From NCBI GenBank assembly GCA_019662005.1, contig JAIFWG010000001.1, positions 1 to 34,355 of the forward strand: a DNA stretch of 34,355 bases, in the 5' to 3' direction. The position numbers were made by a program, and so were the translations under genes. The stretch's first letter is position 1. The number at the start of each line of letters is the position of its first letter. The notes beneath the pieces are model-generated. The model did not search any database, was not told the DNA's origin, and saw only the letters and a program-made list of their open reading frames with translations. This DNA comes from Candidatus Parcubacteria bacterium (GTDB lineage Bacteria > Patescibacteriota > Minisyncoccia > 2-02-FULL-40-12 > GWA2-44-9). Below, piece after piece: positions 6,932 to 15,642 of the stretch.

Positions 6932-8002
6932 ATGGCTACTCAAATTGCATGGGGAACGTTAGCGAAGGTGACAGGGGGTATCTCGGGTACCGCTCCTGAA
7001 ATCTTTGTGGGTTCTACCGATCAAACTGCCGCAGTCATTACGACTGCTGGCGCAATTGCAACACAATACGGTTATGGCATTTTCAAGGTTGGTGACATCC
7101 TCTGGATTAACTACGACCAAGACGGTACGCCTGGCCAGAATGTTTATACAGTAACCGCGACAAGTGGTGGCTCACTGGTAACGTACACCGAAGCATTAGG
7201 CGGTGCGTTATTGGCGGCTAATAACTTGGATGATGTGGACAGCGTATCGACTGCACGTACTAACCTTGGTTTAGGCATACTCGATAACGTTCGATTTGCA
7301 CGAATTGACGGTGGTGCTTCTGGTTCGGCTGGCTCATTCCGCTCATATCCATCTGCGGCAACATCTGGTTATCTGGCATTGCTTGGCGTGGCAAACGCTG
7401 GTGATTATGCTGTTACTATCAGTAACGCATCTCATGGACAGGCTACGGTTTATTCTATTCCTGATGTGGGCGCTGCCACAGGTCAAATCCTTGTTAAGAC
7501 TGCTGCGCTTGTTGATGGTAACTTCGTTGGCGCTTCCGGTACGGCTGGCAAGGTTGCAGATTCCGGCTATGGTGTGAATAACGTCTTGTTGTATGCGAGC
7601 GTTGCGGTTTCTGCGGCTGAGTTTAACGGGGCTTATGCTGCACCAAAACTTTTGATCGCGGCTCCTGGCGCGAACAAAATGATTATTGTTGACCGTATGG
7701 AAATGGTAATGACCTTCGTATCAGCCGCTTATGCGAATGGTGGCGTGGTCTTTGCCCAATACGATTCAACAGCTAACGGTGCTGGCGTCAAAGCGACAAA
7801 TACGGAAGCAGCAGCAGACTTTTTCGCTGTAGCAAGCGCGGTATTTGCATTCATTGGAACCTCTAACAGTACAGTGGGCGTACTTCCCTTCACCACCTGT
7901 GCCAACAAAGGCTTGTATCTCAGTAATGCGACGGGTGCATTCACGACTGGTGATAGCACTTGGATTGTTAAGATCCACTATCGCATTATTGCTACAGCTT
8001 AA
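6932..8002 (+). CDS. Fibre-like virion protein (Ala/Gly/Thr-rich; head fibre/decoration or accessory fibre)
   Basis: CAGGAGG SD. It contains AANNLDDVDSVSTARTNLGLG, a motif typical of phage fibre proteins. It occupies the post-capsid slot. Confidence 0.6.
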   Translation: MATQIAWGTLAKVTGGISGTAPEIFVGSTDQTAAVITTAGAIATQYGYGIFKVGDILWINYDQDGTPGQNVYTVTATSGGSLVTYTEALGGALLAANNLDDVDSVSTARTNLGLGILDNVRFARIDGGASGSAGSFRSYPSAATSGYLALLGVANAGDYAVTISNASHGQATVYSIPDVGAATGQILVKTAALVDGNFVGASGTAGKVADSGYGVNNVLLYASVAVSAAEFNGAYAAPKLLIAAPGANKMIIVDRMEMVMTFVSAAYANGGVVFAQYDSTANGAGVKATNTEAAADFFAVASAVFAFIGTSNSTVGVLPFTTCANKGLYLSNATGAFTTGDSTWIVKIHYRIIATA

Positions 8003-8009
8003 TCTGAGC

Positions 8010-8035
8010 AGGGGCGTTTATGACGCCCCTATTTT
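8010..8035 (+). terminator. Rho-independent terminator after the capsid/fibre-like genes
   Basis: AGGGGCGT-TTATG-ACGCCCCT followed by ATTTT. The position is analogous to T7 T-phi. Confidence 0.8.
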
Positions 8036-8047
8036 AAGGGGAAATTG

Positions 8048-8617
8048 ATGCCCTCAGAACTACAGCTCGTCAATCGTGTATTGTCAGAACTCGGCCGTTT
8101 GGCCGTTTCTGCTATTACGGATAGTGATGATGCGCAGTACGTTGCAGCGAAATTAAGTGAAGTTTATCCAGAATTATTACTAGATTATAATTGGAACTTT
8201 GCCGTTGTTTATCGTGCAGATAACACGCCTCTCTCAACAGATTTCTCACCTGATTATATTTATTCGTATCAATTGCCAGGCGATTTTGGGAAGTTCTTTA
8301 AGTGGGCAGCTACAGGCGCTCAATGGCCAATTTACGAATTTGCAGACGGGATGCTTTTAGCGCAGACGCGCCCCGTGCAGTATTACTACATATCAAATCA
8401 AGTCGCATACACTGTATTGCCTCCTTTGTTTTCTCGGGCACTTGTTCTTTATACCGCAGCAAAGTCAGCGCCAACGCTCACGAATAATCTTAAATTATCT
8501 GAGTATCTCGAGAAGGAGTACGAGAAGTCTCGGATTAAAGCAATACTTCAAAATGACATGGAGCGGTCAGTCACAACGACACCTTATAACGACTTTGACA
8601 GAATCACATACGTTTAG
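8048..8617 (+). CDS. Tail tubular protein A / adaptor (T7 gp11-like)
   Basis: 189 aa. The N-terminus ELQLVNRVLSELGRLAVSAI...AAKL......NWNF follows the T7 gp11 pattern ELSAVNDILASIGEPPVS...ARRIL...WTFN, which I recall from memory. ATG 8048 follows AAGGGG. Confidence 0.7.
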   Translation: MPSELQLVNRVLSELGRLAVSAITDSDDAQYVAAKLSEVYPELLLDYNWNFAVVYRADNTPLSTDFSPDYIYSYQLPGDFGKFFKWAATGAQWPIYEFADGMLLAQTRPVQYYYISNQVAYTVLPPLFSRALVLYTAAKSAPTLTNNLKLSEYLEKEYEKSRIKAILQNDMERSVTTTPYNDFDRITYV

Positions 8618-8627
8618 AGGTTAGCCG

Positions 8628-10724
8628 ATGCCAGGGAAAATGATACGGCAAACCATGTTTTCGACGGGCGAAGTTGACCAGACGACGTGGAAGCGAACAG
8701 ACGTACAAGAATATATCTCCGCAGCACAAAGCCTTGAGAATTGCGAAGTAGGTACAACCGGCCTTGTAAGAAAACGCAAGGGTACGGAGATGATGCTTAA
8801 TGCAACGGCCTACGCTCAAGCAAATTCACGGATGTATGAATTCATCGACAAGAATGGTAATCACTATCTTTTAATGTCAGTTGACCAGCATATTCATGTT
8901 TTTGATGCGCCAACCGAAGGGGTGCAGGTTGTCACGGGTCGGGGCAATGATGTGGTGACCGGTCGTGGAACAAATGTCGTGGCACATGAGCAAGGACTTC
9001 CGTTTGTCCAGACACTTGATACACCATACCGAACTCCTAACCTGGATGAAGTAGATTACGCGCAGGATAATGACGCACTGATATTAAGTCATCCGTTGTA
9101 TGCGCCAGGACGGATATACATAAGCGATTACGCGACTAACCCGCCAACGTTTGCCTTTGAGTATCTGGATATTTACCCGTTGCCAGCGTATGACTTTGGC
9201 AATATCAACTACAGTGATTTTGATGTAACGCTGAGTGTAGCAGCGGCAGTCCTTACCTTTGCGTTCACAGGCGTTGGCGCTGATCCTGGCTTTAATAATG
9301 ACTGGATTGGTGGTTTGATCGTTGGTGGCGGCCTTAGCGAAACATCACCATTGGGTTATGCAATTATCACGGCGGTTTCATACGGTGCAGGCGGTGGTGG
9401 TACTGTGACGTTTACAGGGTTAGTCCAGCAGCCCTTTGAAACAGACCCGACTAAATATGCCCCGAAAGGTTCGCAATATTCGATTAAGCAGCCAGCATGG
9501 AGCGCAGCACTTGGCTACCCTGCAAAGGTTCTGTTCTACCAGAACAGATTATGGTTTGCGAATACCAAGGCGCTAAATAATACTGTTTTTGGATCAAAGA
9601 TTAATACGCCTATTAATTTTGACGTGGGCACAGGCCGTGACACTGACGCGATTATTTATTCCGTTGGTGTTAATAACAGTGGCGCGATTGTCTGGCTGAA
9701 CGGTGGCAAGCAGCTTGAAGTGTACTGTCAGAATATTGAGTGTGCATGCCCGCAAGATCAGAATTCTGCATTAACTCCCACAACGTTTGTGATCAAGCAG
9801 CAATCCTCCTATGGCGCGTCTATAGAATTAAAGCCGATTACTTATATTAACGATTCCTATTACTCAAACAAAACGGGTAAGGCTTTCATTAACTTCCATT
9901 ACAACGGTGTAGGCCTGACCTATGTTGCAAGTAACATTAGTGCGGCTTCAAGTCACCTTGTTAAAAATCCGAGTAACCGTGCATTATTACGAGGTTCTGA
10001 CCAGACACAGGACAATTTCGTTTACTTCCTTAATCCAGATGATGACACCATTACAGCTTTCCAGTTTGCGAGTGAATATAAACTTGCTGCCTTAACGCCT
10101 ATTGTGTTTCAGGATGATGTATCGCTTATTGATATTGTGACGATTGCAAACGAAGTTTATATTTTAAAGTATTACAATTTGACTGGAACATTTACGGTTG
10201 AGCGGTTTAATCCAGAAATTAAGATTGATAGTTCGCGTGAAGCTTCAATGGCTTCAAGCGGTTTAATCACCGGCCTTGATACGCTGGATGGCTACACGGT
10301 GCAGGTGGTTTATCAGAACCAAGACTTTGGCCAGTATCTTGTTGAAGATGGCGAGATTACTGTTGATAACCCAGAGGAGATTGCTGATACCGTTGCCGTC
10401 GGGTTACTGTACGACGTTGATATTCTGCCGATGTATCCATTCTATGATTCAGCAGCGGCACCATTCATGAAAAATATCAGCCGAATATATGTAGACTATT
10501 ACCAGTCGCTTAATTTTTACATTAATAATAAATTGGTACCTTATCAAAACTTTGCTGATATTCAAGCCGGCTTGCCGTTACAGCCGCAAACCGGAACCGC
10601 AATAATAGCCCCAGTGTCAGGATGGGCTAGATTTGATAACGACGCCTTAAGGATTACGCAATCGTCACCGTTTGATTTACAGATTTTAAGCATTGGCTAT
10701 CAAATTGATATGGCCGTGCTATAG
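8628..10724 (+). CDS. Tail tubular protein B / nozzle (gp12-like)
   Basis: 698 aa, directly after the gp11-like gene. The call rests on synteny and size. Confidence 0.6.
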   Translation: MPGKMIRQTMFSTGEVDQTTWKRTDVQEYISAAQSLENCEVGTTGLVRKRKGTEMMLNATAYAQANSRMYEFIDKNGNHYLLMSVDQHIHVFDAPTEGVQVVTGRGNDVVTGRGTNVVAHEQGLPFVQTLDTPYRTPNLDEVDYAQDNDALILSHPLYAPGRIYISDYATNPPTFAFEYLDIYPLPAYDFGNINYSDFDVTLSVAAAVLTFAFTGVGADPGFNNDWIGGLIVGGGLSETSPLGYAIITAVSYGAGGGGTVTFTGLVQQPFETDPTKYAPKGSQYSIKQPAWSAALGYPAKVLFYQNRLWFANTKALNNTVFGSKINTPINFDVGTGRDTDAIIYSVGVNNSGAIVWLNGGKQLEVYCQNIECACPQDQNSALTPTTFVIKQQSSYGASIELKPITYINDSYYSNKTGKAFINFHYNGVGLTYVASNISAASSHLVKNPSNRALLRGSDQTQDNFVYFLNPDDDTITAFQFASEYKLAALTPIVFQDDVSLIDIVTIANEVYILKYYNLTGTFTVERFNPEIKIDSSREASMASSGLITGLDTLDGYTVQVVYQNQDFGQYLVEDGEITVDNPEEIADTVAVGLLYDVDILPMYPFYDSAAAPFMKNISRIYVDYYQSLNFYINNKLVPYQNFADIQAGLPLQPQTGTAIIAPVSGWARFDNDALRITQSSPFDLQILSIGYQIDMAVL

Positions 10725-10733
10725 GAGGATGTT

Positions 10734-11180
10734 ATGGGGATTGAAGTCGCAGCAGTTGTTTTGGCAGGGGTCGCAGCAGCGTCCAAAGCTGGCCAGATGG
10801 TTGCTGAAACTCAGGCAGCAAAACAAAAAGAAGATGCTCTTGATTTGCAGTCAAGACAGCAGACACTCGTATATCAGCAAAAGACACTATCAAATTATGA
10901 TGTGATGGAAAAAGTTTTGGACGCGCAGACTGCCGCCATGACTACCCGTGGTGTTGGTTTTGAATCACCGAGCTTTAACGCGATTCAACGGGCAACCTAT
11001 AACGTTGGTGCGAAAAAGCAGCGTAACCTTGATATTGAAGAAGATCTGGGGCAAGCAAATATTGACCTTGAAAAAGATAATGTGAAAAAAACACTTCATG
11101 CCCAATTATTTGGTGACGCTTCAAGCCTTGCAATATCAGCTTTAGCCTTCGGTCGTAACATGCCGACGCAAGGGGGTTAA
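10734..11180 (+). CDS. Internal virion protein (gp13/14-like)
   Basis: AGGAGG SD. 148 aa with an N-terminal hydrophobic helix plus a coiled coil. The call rests on synteny. Confidence 0.55.
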   Translation: MGIEVAAVVLAGVAAASKAGQMVAETQAAKQKEDALDLQSRQQTLVYQQKTLSNYDVMEKVLDAQTAAMTTRGVGFESPSFNAIQRATYNVGAKKQRNLDIEEDLGQANIDLEKDNVKKTLHAQLFGDASSLAISALAFGRNMPTQGG

Positions 11181-11182
11181 AA

Positions 11183-13267
11183 ATGGCTGATAAACTCCCG
11201 ACGTTTGAAGATACGCAACCCGTTTTAAACCAACAAAAGGTTTCGAGTGGCGCTGAGGGTTACGAATCTTTTGGTAAAGTCCTATCAAGTCTCGCCAGTG
11301 AATCAGCAGATCAAGCCATCAAGGTTGAGTCTGAGCAATCCCAGGCAATGTATATTCATTCTGTCTCAAACATCGAGCAGCTTAAAACCTCGTCTCAAAT
11401 GAGGATGCTCGAACATCCAGACCAGGCAGCGCGAATATCTGAAGATATGGAGACGGCTACTGATGCGGTCAAGCAAGCGGCCTTTGTTAATCCACGGGAT
11501 CGGGCGAAATTAGATTCTTATGTATCTTCTGCGAATGATGCGGTTGCATTGCAAGGAACAGAGACAAGTGTCAAGCAAACCCAATTGAATGCTGCCTTCA
11601 CTCACTATGCAAGTTGGCCTGGGCAGTTAAAAGCTTATCAAGATGCGCTGATTAGCGGGAATGAAAAGCAGATTAATGACCTGCAAGATGCCATGCTGGC
11701 CACGCTTAAGAACCTTGTACAGATTCGGGCACTAACCCCTGAGCAAGCCGGTAGTAGCATAAAATCCATGCAGGGTGTCGCTGACATTGCAGCAGACCAC
11801 CATACTATGTATGGGCAGGAGGATGTGAGCGCACAGGATTATCACACGCTTAAATCGTCCGTGCTGCCAACAAATTCAACAAACAATGTTAATTCACCCA
11901 TTAATGAAAATACTGGCTGGCTGGTTAACTACCATAGCCAGGACAGAAGTTTCCAAGGTGTTCTATCAGATATTTCAGGCCATAAATTACCGGATCCACA
12001 GGCTTTTGATTCACTCGAACCCGCACAAAGACAACACGCACTATTGATGTACCAAGGGGTGCGTCGCGCTGATGGCATGATTAATTCTGGCGCTTCAATG
12101 CCGGAGCTGGAAGCTGCCTACAAGGGTTTAACGCGCAAAGGCGACATATTAAGCTATGAAGAACAAGGTACTCGTAATTACTTAGGCGTCTACCTTGATA
12201 AGCTAAAAAATGGTCAGTATCTCGATGCCATTGGGGGAACACCTGCCGGTGGCGCAATGATGCAAAACTTTGTCTCGCGTGATGCTGCGCTCAGAAGCAA
12301 TGGTGCTTTGGATGATAACCAGAAAGCGCAGATGTTATTGCAGAACAAGAATCAATTTGTTTCTAATGCTATCTCTTATGGCTACGGACACCATATTGAT
12401 CCCAATGCTATCCAGCCAATTCCACCTAATGATGTGATTGCACTGCAACAGGGATTCAAACTTGGTAATGATCCATCCCAAGTATTGAATGTGATAGGTC
12501 AGTACAACGAACAGAACCGTCCATGGTTATCAAAAGCACTGGTAAAACCTATCCAGCAAGCGGTCGTTAATACGGTAATGTTAGGCGGTAATGATGTGAA
12601 ACCTAATGACAAACTTGATTACATTGCAGCAAACCAGGAAGGCGTAGAGTATTCCAAGGTCAATATTGAAGCTGAAAAGAATAACCTGTCAGATCCAAAG
12701 CTTTCTGGTCTGATTGTGGCTAATTCTGCATTCAAAAACGCTTTAGACGTGGTTAATTCACAATATGATCCTTTTAAATCGCAAATCATCCAGCAAAAAC
12801 TGGTTGAGAGCGCCTTGAACTATGTCAAATACCAGGCATCCAAAGCTAATGACCTTGGAATGACTAACAGGGATGAATACATAGACAAAGCTGCGAAGAT
12901 GATTGCCTCCGCTTATCCAAAAATTTCAGGAACAAACTACGTAGCAAACCCAAAACAATTGAATTTGACCTCACCCGAGATGGACGTATTAGCTGGTTAC
13001 GTTGTCCATAATGGGGAAAGTTACCTCAAAGAAGGGGTTAGAGAAGATGTATTTTTATCTGCAATAGACAGAAACAAGCTGAAGATGACGGTATCGCCTA
13101 CCAATGAAATCATGGCTATTGATGGAAACAATAAAGTTTATTGGCATGCTCCTTTTTCGCCTGATCTGCTAGCAAAAGCAAAACACTTTTACAAGCAGCA
13201 AGAAATTGAAGGCGAGAAATCTCAAAAAGAAATGCTTGAACGTAGTCGTTTCGGAGGACTGCGTTAA
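11183..13267 (+). CDS. Internal virion / ejection protein (gp15-like)
   Basis: 694 aa. The call rests on synteny with T7 gene 15 (size class and position). Confidence 0.55.
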   Translation: MADKLPTFEDTQPVLNQQKVSSGAEGYESFGKVLSSLASESADQAIKVESEQSQAMYIHSVSNIEQLKTSSQMRMLEHPDQAARISEDMETATDAVKQAAFVNPRDRAKLDSYVSSANDAVALQGTETSVKQTQLNAAFTHYASWPGQLKAYQDALISGNEKQINDLQDAMLATLKNLVQIRALTPEQAGSSIKSMQGVADIAADHHTMYGQEDVSAQDYHTLKSSVLPTNSTNNVNSPINENTGWLVNYHSQDRSFQGVLSDISGHKLPDPQAFDSLEPAQRQHALLMYQGVRRADGMINSGASMPELEAAYKGLTRKGDILSYEEQGTRNYLGVYLDKLKNGQYLDAIGGTPAGGAMMQNFVSRDAALRSNGALDDNQKAQMLLQNKNQFVSNAISYGYGHHIDPNAIQPIPPNDVIALQQGFKLGNDPSQVLNVIGQYNEQNRPWLSKALVKPIQQAVVNTVMLGGNDVKPNDKLDYIAANQEGVEYSKVNIEAEKNNLSDPKLSGLIVANSAFKNALDVVNSQYDPFKSQIIQQKLVESALNYVKYQASKANDLGMTNRDEYIDKAAKMIASAYPKISGTNYVANPKQLNLTSPEMDVLAGYVVHNGESYLKEGVREDVFLSAIDRNKLKMTVSPTNEIMAIDGNNKVYWHAPFSPDLLAKAKHFYKQQEIEGEKSQKEMLERSRFGGLR

Positions 13268-15642
13268 TGTTCATGCGAGAAACGCACGACTCACCGAAGG
13301 AACAATATTACGCTGATTCGCTTTTAACGAAGCCTACTACTTCTCATTCTGCATTTAATAACTTCGCGGCTGGACTCGTCACTCCCAATGCAATGATGGG
13401 TGACGTTAACGATATGTTTTCCCAAAAAGCTGAGGGAAAACCGTTACGGGATTTTGTTAACAGTGTCGAGATCATGAATCAGGAGCCTGATATTGGGTGG
13501 GGTCAGGCGTCAGCTAATTATTTGTCTAATATGATCGGCTACGGTTTAAACCCACTCACTTGGGGATTTGGCGCAATAGGTGGAGGCGTGGCTGAGGCAG
13601 CAATTGGTGGCGCTGCAAAGGTGGCACCGGAAGCCGCACAGATTTTTATGCGACGGCCGCTGGGGGATATCCTTGGTGAGAAAGCTTCGAAATATCTTCC
13701 ACAGGTTGCAGATAAAGAGATGCCGCTCAGTTTGGCTATTCTTGGTGAGAAGTACACAAAGTCATTTGGAACATTAGCCGGTGCAGGTGTACCTGCCGCT
13801 GAATACGCCAATTACAATGCCGATACCAAGCATATTAATTGGGGCGGCGCTGCGCGCGATATGTCTGAGATGGGATTGTTTGGGCTTGCCATTGAATCTA
13901 TCCCATTCGCATGGGGCGTTTTGAAAAGCCGTATTAATAGGGGAATTGGCAAACCAATTGATGCACCAATTGAAGCGTCAGAATATCAGAAGGCGTTTGA
14001 TAACGGCATTATCACCAAAGACGAATTTGAATGGATTAATGACTACCACAACAACCCGCTTGAAGCCGATAAATTACAGCAACGGGCAACCAAGATTCTG
14101 GCAGATAATGGGCATCCAGTTAATACTGCAAATCACGAAGTACCTTTTCCTATTGTCGATAGCGGCACTGTAGACAGCCTAAAATCAGCGTTGCTTGATC
14201 AATCACTTGCTGATGTACCTGAAGAATCCAAAACTGCATTATCAGATTATTTAGTCCATAACAGTATTGATAATCTGCGAGAAAATCCACAGGCATTGGA
14301 TGGGGTTAGGGGATTTGTAGAGCATATTAATCAAAAATTAATACATCGTCCTGAGCAGAGTGTTAAAGCCGATAAGATAATGGAAAAATACATGCTCAAA
14401 GGTTTATCAAAAGATATGCCTATGTCGCAAGAAAACATGTACAAGGAGATTACAAAATTAATTAAGGGTCAACCTGATGATCTTGATTATGTGGAAAAAG
14501 CGGCCAGTAAATTGCCTGTTTCTGTTCCAGAAAACATCATAAACAGAATTTATCAAGATAGAAATATAGAATATAGGCAATCTGAAAATAAACAATTATT
14601 TAAAAAATACGAAAAAACTGGCAATCAAAAATATATTGATAGAATGAAAAATAATGAGGCTATGATTAAAAAGGTTAATGAAAACCTTAGAGCCATTCTC
14701 ACGCCAGCAGAAGAATTGTTACAAATAAAAGACGAAATATTCAAGACTAAACTGGGTATTAATGAGCCTGATTATTACCATATATCGCCTGAAACTTACG
14801 AGGAAGGTCAGGCATTAAAAAGTCTTTTTAGCAAAAAGGGCGTTGAATCACTAAAGGATTTTTTGGAAAAGTGGAGATATGATTTATTTGAGGGCGACCT
14901 CCCTCTTGTCAAGAGTGAAATTAAAGTCTTAAAAGAACATCCTAAGCTTGTTTTTTTATTTAAAAAAGGTGAATTAGATTCTGCAATTAATTGGTTGAGG
15001 AACAATAAAGGGCGTGTTAATACCGATATAAAGAAAAATAAACTTTTAGGAATATATGACGCTGCCAATGAACTAAAAACTTATGAACGTCTTGGCTATA
15101 AAGCAGTTCCTCACGAGATACCTGCAAAATATATAAAAGAAATTACAGGTGAGCTTTATCATAATGGACTTAAAGAAGGTTTTGATCGGGGTGAATCTTA
15201 TAATAGGCTGTTAGACTTATCGAATGTCTGGGAAAACGCAAAGACCCTGCTTGACCGAGTTCATCTTGAAGCCGAGTACGAACGACAAGCCGCGTACCGT
15301 GACCTTGCATCCTCAATACTCCAGATGGCCGATTCAGATGTTGGGCGTTTTGCCGATCGCAACAATGTCACGAATTACCTACGTGATCGTATTGATTCAA
15401 AAGTATGGAAAAAGGATTTTATTGAGGGCGCCATAGAGCGAGCAAGAGAAGCGAAGGAAGTACCTGCTAATGCTGATGAGATCGTGAGTGAAAATGAAAA
15501 TCAAGTAAGCCAATCTAATGCACCAGAATTATCAAAAGAATTCGACCAGGCGACAGAAAAATACAAAGAGTTCAAAGGGTCGGAAGGAATATTTAAAAAT
15601 CTAATACAGTGTGTTATTGGGAGTTTGAATGGCCAAGCCTAG
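13267..15642 (+). CDS. Internal virion / ejection protein with Gly/Ala-rich membrane segments and an AT-rich central insert
   Basis: 791 aa. A TAATG overlap links it to the upstream gene. Hydrophobic GFGAIGGGVAEAAIGGAA segments are present. The call rests on synteny with the T7 gp16 region. Confidence 0.55.
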   Translation: MFMRETHDSPKEQYYADSLLTKPTTSHSAFNNFAAGLVTPNAMMGDVNDMFSQKAEGKPLRDFVNSVEIMNQEPDIGWGQASANYLSNMIGYGLNPLTWGFGAIGGGVAEAAIGGAAKVAPEAAQIFMRRPLGDILGEKASKYLPQVADKEMPLSLAILGEKYTKSFGTLAGAGVPAAEYANYNADTKHINWGGAARDMSEMGLFGLAIESIPFAWGVLKSRINRGIGKPIDAPIEASEYQKAFDNGIITKDEFEWINDYHNNPLEADKLQQRATKILADNGHPVNTANHEVPFPIVDSGTVDSLKSALLDQSLADVPEESKTALSDYLVHNSIDNLRENPQALDGVRGFVEHINQKLIHRPEQSVKADKIMEKYMLKGLSKDMPMSQENMYKEITKLIKGQPDDLDYVEKAASKLPVSVPENIINRIYQDRNIEYRQSENKQLFKKYEKTGNQKYIDRMKNNEAMIKKVNENLRAILTPAEELLQIKDEIFKTKLGINEPDYYHISPETYEEGQALKSLFSKKGVESLKDFLEKWRYDLFEGDLPLVKSEIKVLKEHPKLVFLFKKGELDSAINWLRNNKGRVNTDIKKNKLLGIYDAANELKTYERLGYKAVPHEIPAKYIKEITGELYHNGLKEGFDRGESYNRLLDLSNVWENAKTLLDRVHLEAEYERQAAYRDLASSILQMADSDVGRFADRNNVTNYLRDRIDSKVWKKDFIEGAIERAREAKEVPANADEIVSENENQVSQSNAPELSKEFDQATEKYKEFKGSEGIFKNLIQCVIGSLNGQA

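Noticed and set aside
10734-11180. The 148-aa TM plus coiled-coil protein as an i-spanin.
   Set aside because: It sits between the nozzle and ejection-protein genes, in the gp13/14 slot of the virion module. It has no partner lipoprotein ORF.
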